64,000 bases of DNA, from contig JAUIID010000002.1 in NCBI GenBank assembly GCA_030431615.1, positions 565 to 64,564 on the forward strand, written 5' to 3'. This document shows, in pieces, positions 47,161-55,961 of this stretch; positions within the stretch are counted from its first letter, which is position 1, and the number at the start of each line of letters is the position of its first letter. Source of the stretch: Alphaproteobacteria bacterium. GTDB lineage: Bacteria; Pseudomonadota; Alphaproteobacteria; Geminicoccales; Geminicoccaceae. A program made the position numbers and the translations under genes. A model generated the notes under the pieces. It saw nothing but the letters and a program-made list of their open reading frames with translations. It searched no databases and was not told the origin of the DNA.

Positions 47161-48520
47161 CCGCCCAGATCTCGACGAGCCCCGAGCGCCCGTCCAGATG
47201 ATGCGGGCCGAGCGGCTCGAGGTCGTCGGCCATCGTCCGCAGCGCCTGGCGGAGGTCCCCGCTCGCCAGCAGCGGACGTCCGACGCTGCGGGTCAGGCGC
47301 TCGAGGCGGCTCGCCACGTTGACGGTGTCGCCGATCACGGCGAACTCGAAGCGCTGGTCGGCCTCGCCGCCGCCGATATCGCCCATGATGACCGGCCCGA
47401 AATGGATGCCGATGCCGACCTCGACCGGCGCCTCGCCCAGCGCCATGCGTGCCTCGCGCCATTCGCCAATGGCGGCGAGCATGGCCCGGCCGCAGGCGAG
47501 TGCGCGGTCGGCGGCATCCGCTGCCGGCTCCGGCGTGCCGAAGGTGGCCATCAGCCCGTCGCCGATGAACTTGTCGAAGGTGCCGCCATGGGCGAACACG
47601 CAGTTCGCCATCCGCGCGTGGAACTCGCGCAGCAGCCGCATCGACGACTCCGGGCTGCCGGCCTCGGCAAGTGCGGTGAAGCCCTTGATGTCGGCAAAGA
47701 GGACCGCCGCGCTGTGGGTGCGCACCTCGCCCATGGGCCGGTCGGTCCGCGCCAGGGCCTCGACCATGTTGGGGGCGACGTAGCGGGCGAGGTTGGTGCG
47801 CTGCCGGACCACCTCCGCCTGCTCGAGCATCAGCCGCCGGGCGCGATAGGCGCCATAGGTGAGGAGTGCGGCAATCAGGCCGGTGAGGAAGATCCGCACC
47901 ACCGCGTCGTCGACATGCACGTAGTTGGGCGACAGGTAGGCCGCGAGCTGGCTGGCGCTCGCCTCCGGGCCCTCTTCGCCGTAGTTGGGAATGGTCGTCG
48001 ACGTGCCCGGCGTGAGCACGATCAGCATGGTGCCGACAGCCCAGACGAGGCCCACGCAGAACGCCGACCAGAGGACCGCGAGAGGCCGGAAGCTGAGGCT
48101 GGCGATCGCCGGCAGCAGGAGGAAGTAGAGGAAGCTCGGCTGGCGCAGGACCGTGGCCCAGGGCCAGTCGCCGGGATAGGTGCGGCCAGGAGCCAAAAGG
48201 GTGAAGCCGAGCAGGATCGCATCGACCAGCATCACCACGAACGGCACCCAGCGTCGGTCGCTGCGGCCCCGGGCCAGGGCGTAGGCGACGAGGCCATTGG
48301 CAATGAACGCCAGGAGAACGAGCGCGTTGTCGGCGGCGGTCGACCAGCCGTAATTGAGGCCGAGCCAGAAGAAGATGGCGAGGAACATGAGGCTGCGGGC
48401 GATCGTCAGCCTTCTGAGGTTCCTCTCCTCGTGGCTCTCGAGGATCGCCCTGACCAGGGCCGCGGATGAGCCGTCCGTCGCGCCGTGCAGCCTGCCGAGC
48501 CAGCCGCGACGCGCTGTCAT
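47117..48520 (-). CDS. membrane-anchored class III adenylate/guanylate cyclase
   Basis: 467 aa. Six predicted TM helices, then VLFADIKGFTAL....FIGDGLMATFG....GIHFGPV..GDIG......VIGDTVNVASRLE. Confidence 0.9.
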   Translation of the reverse strand: MTARRGWLGRLHGATDGSSAALVRAILESHEERNLRRLTIARSLMFLAIFFWLGLNYGWSTAADNALVLLAFIANGLVAYALARGRSDRRWVPFVVMLVDAILLGFTLLAPGRTYPGDWPWATVLRQPSFLYFLLLPAIASLSFRPLAVLWSAFCVGLVWAVGTMLIVLTPGTSTTIPNYGEEGPEASASQLAAYLSPNYVHVDDAVVRIFLTGLIAALLTYGAYRARRLMLEQAEVVRQRTNLARYVAPNMVEALARTDRPMGEVRTHSAAVLFADIKGFTALAEAGSPESSMRLLREFHARMANCVFAHGGTFDKFIGDGLMATFGTPEPAADAADRALACGRAMLAAIGEWREARMALGEAPVEVGIGIHFGPVIMGDIGGGEADQRFEFAVIGDTVNVASRLERLTRSVGRPLLASGDLRQALRTMADDLEPLGPHHLDGRSGLVEIWAVSAAAAASGGRDPG

Positions 48521-48541
48521 GAGAAACCCCCGTCCAGTCGG

Positions 48542-48892
48542 TCAGGCGTCGCGCAGTTGCGCCAGCCGCTGCTGTGCCGCCGAGCGATGCCGGGGCTCGA
48601 TGTGGCGGCCGAGGGTCGAGAGGACCATGGCGATCACCGCGGCGTCGTCGGTGAAGCCGACACCGACGAGATAGTCGGCGACGAGGTCCACCGGCATCAG
48701 GAAATAAGCGATCGCCCCGAACAGCACCGTCCGGACATAGCCCGGTGTCGCCGGGTCCCGGGCGCAGAACCAAGCCGCGACCAGATCCTCGGCAAACGGG
48801 ATGGCGGCGAGCACCCGCGTCAGCTTGCGCCAGAACTTGCGCTCGTCGGGCGGTTGCCGAACCGCGGGCAGGGTGGTGAGATCGACCTTCAT
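48542..48892 (-). CDS. DUF1232 (YkvA) family membrane protein
   Basis: 116 aa. ..RDPATP..V......IAYFLMPVDLVADYLVGVGFTDDAAV.. is the DUF1232 core. It lies 21 nt upstream of the cyclase gene. Confidence 0.8.
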   Translation of the reverse strand: MKVDLTTLPAVRQPPDERKFWRKLTRVLAAIPFAEDLVAAWFCARDPATPGYVRTVLFGAIAYFLMPVDLVADYLVGVGFTDDAAVIAMVLSTLGRHIEPRHRSAAQQRLAQLRDA

Positions 48893-48937
48893 GGGGCTAA
48901 GATGGCGAGCCCGAAGCACAGGATCAAGCGAGCGCCG

Positions 48938-49414
48938 ATGGAAACCCCGACACGGTCAGCAGAGCCCCGGATCGACGAGGCCGGGTTCGCCGATTTGGAG
49001 CAGATCGTGGCAATGCTCGCCGACGACGTGCTCGGTGCCACGCGCGAGATCCCGCCACCGCCGCTCGACCCCTGCTACGTCCGGGCGTTCGAGGGGATCG
49101 CCGCCGATCCGCTGCACAGCCTCCTGGTCATTCGCGAGGGCAACCGGGTGATCGGCTGCCTGCAGCTTCGCCTCATGCCGTCGCTCAGCCGGCGCGGCAT
49201 GAAGCGGGCGCTGATCGAGAATGTCCGGGTGGCGAAGGACGCGCGCGGCCGGGGCCTCGGCGAGTTCCTGTTGGAGGCGGCGATCGAGCGCGCCCGGGCC
49301 GCCGGCTGCGGCCTCGTGCAGCTCACCACCGACCGCCAGCGCCTGGACGCGCACCGCTTCTACGAAAGGCTCGGCTTCGAGGCGACCCATCTCGGCATGA
49401 AGCTGAACCTCTGA
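48938..49414 (+). CDS. GNAT family N-acetyltransferase
   Basis: 158 aa from an internal ATG. ..VRVAKDARGRGLGEFLLEAAIERA.. (R/QxxGxG motif) and FYERLGF. Confidence 0.85.
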   Translation: METPTRSAEPRIDEAGFADLEQIVAMLADDVLGATREIPPPPLDPCYVRAFEGIAADPLHSLLVIREGNRVIGCLQLRLMPSLSRRGMKRALIENVRVAKDARGRGLGEFLLEAAIERARAAGCGLVQLTTDRQRLDAHRFYERLGFEATHLGMKLNL

Positions 49415-49437
49415 GCGTTTTCTGGTAGGATCGGGCC

Positions 49438-50016
49438 ATGGCCGATACCGCCGAGCGCCTTGTCACCCTGGTCGAGTTCCTCGCCTTCGACGGCGAGGGC
49501 GACGCGCGCCATCAGCTCATCCGCGGCGTGATCACCGCCATGGCGCCGGCCCGCGAAGGGCATGGCGAAATGGTGATCGCGCTCGGCAGCGAGATCCGGC
49601 GCCAGCTCAAACCGCCTTGCCGGGTGCTGTCCGAGGCAGGCGTCAAGCCGGCACATCGCGATGACACGTACTGGCAGGCCGACCTTGTGGTCACCTGCGG
49701 GCCCCGGGATCGCGGCCGGGTCTACCAGACCGACCCGCGCCTCGTGGTCGAGGTCCTCTCCGCCTCGACCGAAGCCACCGATCGCCTGCTCAAGCTCGAC
49801 GACTACCGCCTGATCGAAAGCGTGCACGACATCCTGCTGGTCGCCACCGAGCGGGCGCGGATCGAGCACTGGCAGCGCCGCGAGGGCTTCTGGGCGGTGC
49901 GCGATCTCGGCCCCGGCGACGTGCTGGAAGTCCGGGAGCTCGGGCTGGAGGTGGCGCTCGACCCGCTCTACGCGGAGCTGCTCGAGGCCGAAGGCGAGGG
50001 CGGCGAGGCCGCATAG
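49438..50016 (+). CDS. Uma2 family (DUF820) endonuclease
   Basis: 192 aa. PD-(D/E)xK-like pattern ..QADLVV......PRLVVEVLSAST...D...KLDDY. Confidence 0.8.
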   Translation: MADTAERLVTLVEFLAFDGEGDARHQLIRGVITAMAPAREGHGEMVIALGSEIRRQLKPPCRVLSEAGVKPAHRDDTYWQADLVVTCGPRDRGRVYQTDPRLVVEVLSASTEATDRLLKLDDYRLIESVHDILLVATERARIEHWQRREGFWAVRDLGPGDVLEVRELGLEVALDPLYAELLEAEGEGGEAA

Positions 50017-51293
50017 GGTGTGCCGCCGGCAAATCGGGCGCGGTCGCCGAGCGCCTCCTCGAGCCGCAGCAGCTCGTTCCATTTCGCCATCCGCTCGGAG
50101 CGGCTGAACGAGCCCACCTTGAGCTGCGGCACCTGCCAGCCGACCGCCAGATGGCAGATCGTGACGTCCTCGGTCTCGCCCGAGCGGGCCGAGACGACGC
50201 CGCCGAAGCCGTAGGCCCTGGCGGCCTTCCAGCACTCGAGCGTCTCCATCAGCGTGCCGCGCTGGTTGGGCTTGATCAGCACCGCATTGGCGATCCCCGC
50301 CTGCGCCGCGGCGCGCACCTTGCCGGCGTCGGTCACGAGGAAGTCGTCGCCGATGATCTGCACGCGATGGCCGAATTTGCGGGTGAACCGGAGGAAGCCT
50401 TCGGCGTCGTCCTCGGCCAGCGGGTCCTCGATCGAGACGATCGGGTAGCGGTCGAGCCAGCCCTCGAGCAGCTCGATCATGGCGTCGCGATCGAGCACCC
50501 GCTCGTCGCGCGCCAGCTGGTAGCTGCCATCCTTGCCGAACTCGGAGGCTGCGACGTCGAGGCTGATCGCCACCTCGTCGCCGGGGCGCCGGCCGGCCCG
50601 CTCGATCGCCTGGACCAGTGCTTCGAGCGCTTCCTCGTTGCTGGCGAAGACCGGCCACCAGCCGCCCTCGTCGGCGACCCCGGCGAGCCGGCCGCTCTCG
50701 GCCATCAGCTCGCCCGCGGCCCGATAGACCTCGGCCGTCCAGTCGAGCGCCTCGGCTACCGTTTCGGCACCCGGGCAGACGATCATGAAGTCCTGGATGT
50801 CGACCCTGCGGGCGGCATGGGCGCCGCCGCCGAAGATCTGGATCTCGGGCAAAGGCAGGGTCACCGGCCCCTGGCGCTCGCCCAGGAGATGGCGCCAGAG
50901 CGGCTGGCCGGCGGCCTCCGCAGCGGCCCAGGCCGTGGCCATCGAGACCGCGATCATCGCGTTCGCCCCGAGCCCGCTGCGGTTGGCGGTGCCGTCGAGG
51001 GCAATGAGCGCCTCGTCGACGGCGATCTGGTCGTGGCCATCGAGGCCACGGAGCGCCGGGGCGATCTGCTCGGCGACGGACGCCACGGCACCCCGCACGT
51101 CGTGGCCGCCCATGGCGCTGCCGCCATCGCGCCGGTCGACCGCCTCGGCCGAGCCCTTGGACGCACCGGCCGGGGCGATCGCCCGGCCGATGGCCCCGCC
51201 CTGCAGGCGCACCTCCGCCTCGACGGTGGGGCGGCCGCGGCTGTCGAAGACGCGGCGGCCATGGACATGCTCGATGATGGTCGCCCGGCTCAT
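49968..51293 (-). CDS. enolase-family protein (divergent paralog)
   Basis: 441 aa from an internal ATG. DSRGRPTVEAEV, GASKGS, ADEGG, LDVAASEF, SIEDPL, IGDDF, LIKPNQ, RSGETED and KVGS.SRSER are all present. QEFMI reads QDFMI and SHRSGETED reads SARSGETED. Confidence 0.85.
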   Translation of the reverse strand: MSRATIIEHVHGRRVFDSRGRPTVEAEVRLQGGAIGRAIAPAGASKGSAEAVDRRDGGSAMGGHDVRGAVASVAEQIAPALRGLDGHDQIAVDEALIALDGTANRSGLGANAMIAVSMATAWAAAEAAGQPLWRHLLGERQGPVTLPLPEIQIFGGGAHAARRVDIQDFMIVCPGAETVAEALDWTAEVYRAAGELMAESGRLAGVADEGGWWPVFASNEEALEALVQAIERAGRRPGDEVAISLDVAASEFGKDGSYQLARDERVLDRDAMIELLEGWLDRYPIVSIEDPLAEDDAEGFLRFTRKFGHRVQIIGDDFLVTDAGKVRAAAQAGIANAVLIKPNQRGTLMETLECWKAARAYGFGGVVSARSGETEDVTICHLAVGWQVPQLKVGSFSRSERMAKWNELLRLEEALGDRARFAGGTPYAASPPSPSASSSSA

Positions 51294-52297
51294 TTCCCAA
51301 ACCCCGTGAACCAAGCCTCGCGAAACGCCTCCAGGCGCGCCACGGGCTCGGTCAGATGATGAATGGCGAAGGCGCGTACGTCCGCCTTCTCCTTGCCGCC
51401 CGTCAGATACTCGACGGGCGACTTGCCGTCGACCCGGGCCAGCATCAGCCCGGGCAGGAGCGAGGTCGTCCGCTCCTCGACCGCCGCCACCGGCTCCCAG
51501 TCGACATGGCCGAGATAGGCGTCGACCAGCCGGCGGAACGCCTCGGCGAAGTGCTGCGCGTCGGCCGGGCGATGCCGGGCCTTGAGCGCCAGATGGTTGA
51601 GGACGAAGGCGAGATCGAAGGCAGGATCGCCAAACCACGCACATTCCGCGTCGAGCAGCACCGGGCCGAGCCTGCCGACCAGGATGTTCTTCGGGCTGAC
51701 ATCGCCATGCACCAGGCAGCGCTTGGTCGCCGCCGTCCGCCGGGCGAGGGCGCTCAGCTGCGTGGCCACCATGGGCTGGGTCTCGGCGGTGGCGAGGAGA
51801 TAGGGCTCGAGCCGGATGGCGTGGAAGACCTGGTCGCTGCGGAACCGGGCGGCGATGGCCGCATCGTCGGCGGTCAGGCGGTGAATCCGCCCGAGCCGGT
51901 CGCCGACGGCGGCGGCCACGGCCGGGTCGATCTGGCCCGCCATGAGCGCCGTCTTCCAGAGCTCGTAGGCCTTCGGGTCGAGATAGCGCGTGACGATCGC
52001 GGAAGCCGCCGCATCGACGTAGATGAGCCCCGGCACCGCCCCGGGCACCAGGCGGTCGACCACCTCGAGATAGGCCGCCTCGTAGCTGTTGCGCTCGATC
52101 GGTGCGCGCCAGTCGGCCTGCACCTTGAGCTTTTCCAGCGCCCGCTTGACGCAGTACTGCTTGCCAGCGATGTCGACACGCCAGATATCCGAGGAGACGC
52201 CGCCGGTGAGCGGCACCATCGGCGGTGGTGACCCGAGCTCGAGCAGGCCCGCGCGGCGCAGCACGGCCATGATGTCGCTGTTCCAACCGACCCGCAT
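51290..52297 (-). CDS. aminoglycoside-phosphotransferase-fold kinase (MtnK-like)
   Basis: PLTGGVSSDIWRV (P-loop-like), CVKRAL (Lys), HGDVSPKNIL (catalytic loop) and DAECAWFGDPAFDL (DxE/D metal site). The stop overlaps the enolase-like start (ATGA). The start is ambiguous among 52333, 52297 and 52270. Confidence 0.8.
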   Translation of the reverse strand: MRVGWNSDIMAVLRRAGLLELGSPPPMVPLTGGVSSDIWRVDIAGKQYCVKRALEKLKVQADWRAPIERNSYEAAYLEVVDRLVPGAVPGLIYVDAAASAIVTRYLDPKAYELWKTALMAGQIDPAVAAAVGDRLGRIHRLTADDAAIAARFRSDQVFHAIRLEPYLLATAETQPMVATQLSALARRTAATKRCLVHGDVSPKNILVGRLGPVLLDAECAWFGDPAFDLAFVLNHLALKARHRPADAQHFAEAFRRLVDAYLGHVDWEPVAAVEERTTSLLPGLMLARVDGKSPVEYLTGGKEKADVRAFAIHHLTEPVARLEAFREAWFTGFGK

Positions 52298-52363
52298 TGC
52301 GGCATCCCCGATCGACGCTGGGCTGCCGGCCACGTCGCCGGGTCGTTACGACCGGCAGGGAGG

Positions 52364-53305
52364 ATGACCGTGCAGCGTGTGCTGTTCCATTACCAAGCCG
52401 GGCAGCGGCTGACGAGACGGCTGCGCGCGCTTGCCGCCGACGGGCTCGACGTGCGTATCGTCGCTCCCGAGGACCCGGATGGCCTCGCCCGCGAGCTGCC
52501 CGAGACCGAGATCCTCTGGCATGCCCTCGCCCCCGTCACCGCCGAGGTGATCGAGGCCGCACCCCGTCTCCGGCTGATCCAGAAATGGGGGGTCGGGCTC
52601 AACACCATCGACCTCGAGGCGGCGAAGGCCCGGGGCATCCAGGTCGCCAACATGCCCGGCACCAACACCCGCGCGGTGGTCGAGCTGACGCTGCTCCTGA
52701 TGCTGGCCAGCCTGCGCCGTCTCGCCGAGGTCGACCCGGCGCTCCGCCAGGGCCAGTGGGCGCCGCCCTTGGCCACCATGGAGGCTTTGGGCGAGCTCGC
52801 CGGCCGGCGCGTGGGGCTCGTCGGCATGGGCGCCGTGCCGCAGATGCTGGCACCGATCCTCACCGCCATGGCAGCCGAGCCGGTCTACTGGAGCCGGGCG
52901 GAGAAGCCCGATGCGCCCGCCCGCTACCTGCCACTCGCCGAGCTGCTCGCCACCAGCGACATCGTCTCGCTTCATCTGCCGCTGACCGAGGAAACGACCG
53001 GCCTTGTCGACGTGCGCGCCATCAAGTCCGGTGCGATCCTCGTCAACACGGCGCGCGGCGGCCTCGTCGACGAGCCGGCGCTCGTCGAGGCGCTGCGCAC
53101 CGGCCAGCTCGGTGCTGCCGGGCTCGACGTCTTCGAGGCGGAGCCGATCGACCCGGAGAATCCGCTCCTGGCACTGCCGAACGTCACGGTGACGCCGCAC
53201 CTCGCCTGGCTCACCGGCGAGACCCTGGAGCGCTCGCTCGAGGTCGCCCGCCAGAACGCGCTCAATTTTCGGACTGGCGAGCCTCTGCTATTCAGGGTGA
53301 TCTGA
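52364..53305 (+). CDS. D-isomer-specific 2-hydroxyacid dehydrogenase
   Basis: 313 aa, GGGAGG RBS. GLVGMGAVPQ NAD motif, ..LVNTARGGLVDE.AL and ..GLDVFE.EP......L..LPNV..TPH. Confidence 0.9.
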   Translation: MTVQRVLFHYQAGQRLTRRLRALAADGLDVRIVAPEDPDGLARELPETEILWHALAPVTAEVIEAAPRLRLIQKWGVGLNTIDLEAAKARGIQVANMPGTNTRAVVELTLLLMLASLRRLAEVDPALRQGQWAPPLATMEALGELAGRRVGLVGMGAVPQMLAPILTAMAAEPVYWSRAEKPDAPARYLPLAELLATSDIVSLHLPLTEETTGLVDVRAIKSGAILVNTARGGLVDEPALVEALRTGQLGAAGLDVFEAEPIDPENPLLALPNVTVTPHLAWLTGETLERSLEVARQNALNFRTGEPLLFRVI

Positions 53306-53332
53306 CCCATCGCACCCCGGAGGCCAGCCGAG

Positions 53333-53755
53333 ATGTTCCGCCCGCTCCGCACCGCGCTCTTCCTTGCCGCCTTGCCGCTCGTGGCCCTCGCCCAGGAGCG
53401 GACACCGGCGCCCGAAGGGGTCGAGCTCACCATCCTGCAGCCGGCGGACGGGGCAGTGGTGCAGAGCCCGGTCACGGTGATCTTCGGCCTTGCCGGCATG
53501 GGCGTCGCCCCCGCCGGCGTGGAGAATGAGAACACCGGCCACCACCATCTCCTGATCGACGTCGCCGAGCTGCCGCCGCTCGACCAGCCGCTCCCCGCCG
53601 ACGACAACCACCGGCATTTCGGCGGCGGCCAGACCCAGGTCACGCTCGACCTCGCACCGGGCAGCCACACGCTGCAGCTCATGCTCGGCGACTGGTCGCA
53701 CGTCCCGCACGACCCGCCCGTGGTGTCGGCGCCGATCACGATCACCGTCGAGTAG
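53333..53755 (+). CDS. DUF4399 domain protein (secreted)
   Basis: 140 aa with a signal peptide. TGHHHLLIDV and GSHTLQL are remembered DUF4399 motifs. Confidence 0.7.
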   Translation: MFRPLRTALFLAALPLVALAQERTPAPEGVELTILQPADGAVVQSPVTVIFGLAGMGVAPAGVENENTGHHHLLIDVAELPPLDQPLPADDNHRHFGGGQTQVTLDLAPGSHTLQLMLGDWSHVPHDPPVVSAPITITVE

Positions 53756-53863
53756 CGAGCCGCCGCCGGGGGCCGAGAAGTCCCCGGCACGGCGCGCGAT
53801 TGGCTCTCCCGGTCAGGGCCGATCGCGCCTATCAAGGAGGCCGACCCAAGCGGAATTGCGCCC

Positions 53864-55924
53864 ATGACCAGCACGATCCATGCCACCGTCTGCCCGCACG
53901 ACTGTCCGAGCGTCTGTGCGCTCGAGGTCGAGAAGACGGCCGAGGGCCGGCTCGGCAAGGTCAAGGGGTCGAAGCGCAACAGCTACACCTCCGGGGTCAT
54001 CTGCGCGAAGGTCAGCCGCTACGCCGAGCGCTACCACCACAAGGACCGCCTGGCCTTCCCGATGCGCCGCACCGGCGAGCGCGGCTCCACCGACTTCGTG
54101 CGCATCGGCTGGGACGAGGCGCTCGACGAGATCGCCGAGGCGTTCACGCGGGCCGAGCAGCGCTTCGGCTCCGAAACCGTCTGGCCCTACTGGTATGCCG
54201 GCACGATGGGCTTCGTGCAGCGCGACGGCGTCCAGCGGCTGACCCACGCGAAGCGTTGGTCACGCTTCAAGTCGACCATCTGCACCACGCTGGCCGACAC
54301 CGGCTGGCGGGCCGGCTACGGCAAGCGCTGGGGTGTTCCGGCCGAGGAGGCGGGGAGCCATGCCGACCTGATCGGCGTGTGGGGCTGCAACCCCGTCGCC
54401 ACCCACGTCAACCTGATGAGCCACGTGGCCCAGGCCCGCAAGCGGGGCGCCCTCTTCTTCGTCGTCGATCCCTATCGCAGCGGCACCGCCGAGCAGGCCG
54501 ACCTGCATCTGCCGGTGCGGCCGGGCACGGATGGGGCGCTCGCCTGTGCCGTCATGCACATCCTCTTTCGCGACGGCCATGCGGACCGGGACTATCTCGC
54601 CCGGATGACCGACTGCCCGGCCGAGCTCGAGGCGCATCTCGCCACGCGCGGACCCGACTGGGCCTCCGCCATCACCGGCCTGGACGTGGCGCTGATCGAG
54701 CGGTTCGCCGCCCTCTATGGCAAGGCCGAGCGGCCCTGGATCCGCTTCGGCTTCGGCTTCACCCGCACGCGCAACGGCTCGGCCGCCATGCACGCCGCTT
54801 CCTGCCTGCCGGTGGTCAAGGGCGCCTGGCAGCACGAGGGCGGTGGCGGGCTGTACAACATGGGCGACCTCTATCACTGGGACAAGGCGACCATCGAGGG
54901 CCACGACGTCATCGATCCCGCGATCCGGGTGCTCGACCAGTCGCGGATCGGCCCGGTCCTGACCCACGATCCGGTCGACATGCAGGGCGGGCCGCCGGTC
55001 ACGGCGCTTCTGATCCAGAACACCAACCCGATGTGCATCGCGCCGGATCTCGGCAAGGTGCACGAGGGCTTCGCCCGGCCGGACCTCTACGTCGCCGTGC
55101 AGGAGCAGTTCCTGACCGAGACGGCGCGGCAGGCCGACATCGTGCTGCCCGCCACCATGTTCCTCGAGCACGACGACATCTACCATGCCTCCGGCCACTC
55201 GCGCTTCCAGATCGGCCGCAAGATCTTCGAGCCCTATGCCGACGTGCGCCCCAACCACTTCGTCATCTGCGAGCTGGCGAAGCGCCTCGGCGCCGAGCAT
55301 CGGGGCTTCCACATGACCGAGTGGGAGCTGATCGAGGACCTGCTCGCCCGCTCCGGCTGGCCGGATGCCGCGACCGTCCACGCGAGTGGCGGCTGGGAAG
55401 CGCTGCCCGACGCCGACACCGCGCACTACCGCAACGGCTTCCCGACGGCCGACGGCCGCTTCCACTTCAGGGCCGACTGGGCGCTGCATGGCGCCGATCA
55501 CGCGGTCATGCCGATCCTGCCGGACCATCTGGCGATCACCGACGAGATCACCGAGGCGCACCCGTTCCGCCTCGTCGCCGCTCCGGCAAGGCAGTTCCTC
55601 AACACGAGCTTCACCGAGCTGGAATCCGGCCGCAAGCGCGAGGGCCGGCCGACTGCCATGATCCACCCCGACAGCCTCGCCCGGCTCGGCATCGCCGAGG
55701 GCGACCTCGTCGAGCTCGGCAACAAGCGGGGTGCCGTGCGCCTGCACGCGGTGGCGCGGGACGGCATGCACCCCGGCACGATCGTCGTCGAGAGCATCTG
55801 GCCGAACGCTGACTGGGTGGGCGGGATCGGCATCAACCTCCTGCTCGGCGCCGACGCCGCACCGCCTGCCGGCGGGGCCGCGATCCACGACACGGCGGTC
55901 TGGCTGCGCCCCGCCGCAGCATAG
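53864..55924 (+). CDS. molybdopterin (bis-MGD) oxidoreductase family protein
   Basis: 686 aa. N-terminal 4Fe-4S motif CPHDCPSVC...C, a molybdopterin-binding core, and a C-terminal beta-barrel (..HPDSLARLGIAEGDLVELGNKRG...). No signal peptide and no in-frame TGA. Confidence 0.88.
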   Translation: MTSTIHATVCPHDCPSVCALEVEKTAEGRLGKVKGSKRNSYTSGVICAKVSRYAERYHHKDRLAFPMRRTGERGSTDFVRIGWDEALDEIAEAFTRAEQRFGSETVWPYWYAGTMGFVQRDGVQRLTHAKRWSRFKSTICTTLADTGWRAGYGKRWGVPAEEAGSHADLIGVWGCNPVATHVNLMSHVAQARKRGALFFVVDPYRSGTAEQADLHLPVRPGTDGALACAVMHILFRDGHADRDYLARMTDCPAELEAHLATRGPDWASAITGLDVALIERFAALYGKAERPWIRFGFGFTRTRNGSAAMHAASCLPVVKGAWQHEGGGGLYNMGDLYHWDKATIEGHDVIDPAIRVLDQSRIGPVLTHDPVDMQGGPPVTALLIQNTNPMCIAPDLGKVHEGFARPDLYVAVQEQFLTETARQADIVLPATMFLEHDDIYHASGHSRFQIGRKIFEPYADVRPNHFVICELAKRLGAEHRGFHMTEWELIEDLLARSGWPDAATVHASGGWEALPDADTAHYRNGFPTADGRFHFRADWALHGADHAVMPILPDHLAITDEITEAHPFRLVAAPARQFLNTSFTELESGRKREGRPTAMIHPDSLARLGIAEGDLVELGNKRGAVRLHAVARDGMHPGTIVVESIWPNADWVGGIGINLLLGADAAPPAGGAAIHDTAVWLRPAAA

Positions 55925-55961
55925 GAGGCTCGCAGCCTGGGGGGAGGCTGGCAGCGCCGCG

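Noticed and set aside
48938-50016. The GNAT plus Uma2 nuclease pair (23-nt gap) as a possible toxin-antitoxin or defence module.
   Set aside because: The GNAT lacks any adjacent small RHH/DUF1778-type antitoxin and looks like an ordinary housekeeping acetyltransferase. Uma2 genes are frequently solitary. No further defence-associated domains are nearby, so the evidence is too thin to claim a system.
49968-52286. 772-aa ORF that suggests a large fusion protein ending in the enolase domain.
   Set aside because: The enolase homology begins exactly at the internal MSRATIIEHVHGRRVFDSRG (ATG 51293). The upstream 331 aa are Arg/Pro/Gly-rich and overlap the kinase gene in another frame.
53864-55924. 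The possibility of a selenocysteine (in-frame TGA) or a Tat signal in the molybdopterin oxidoreductase.
   Set aside because: The ORF is uninterrupted from ATG to stop. It begins directly with the cytoplasmic-type CPHDCPSVC cluster motif and has no twin-arginine leader.
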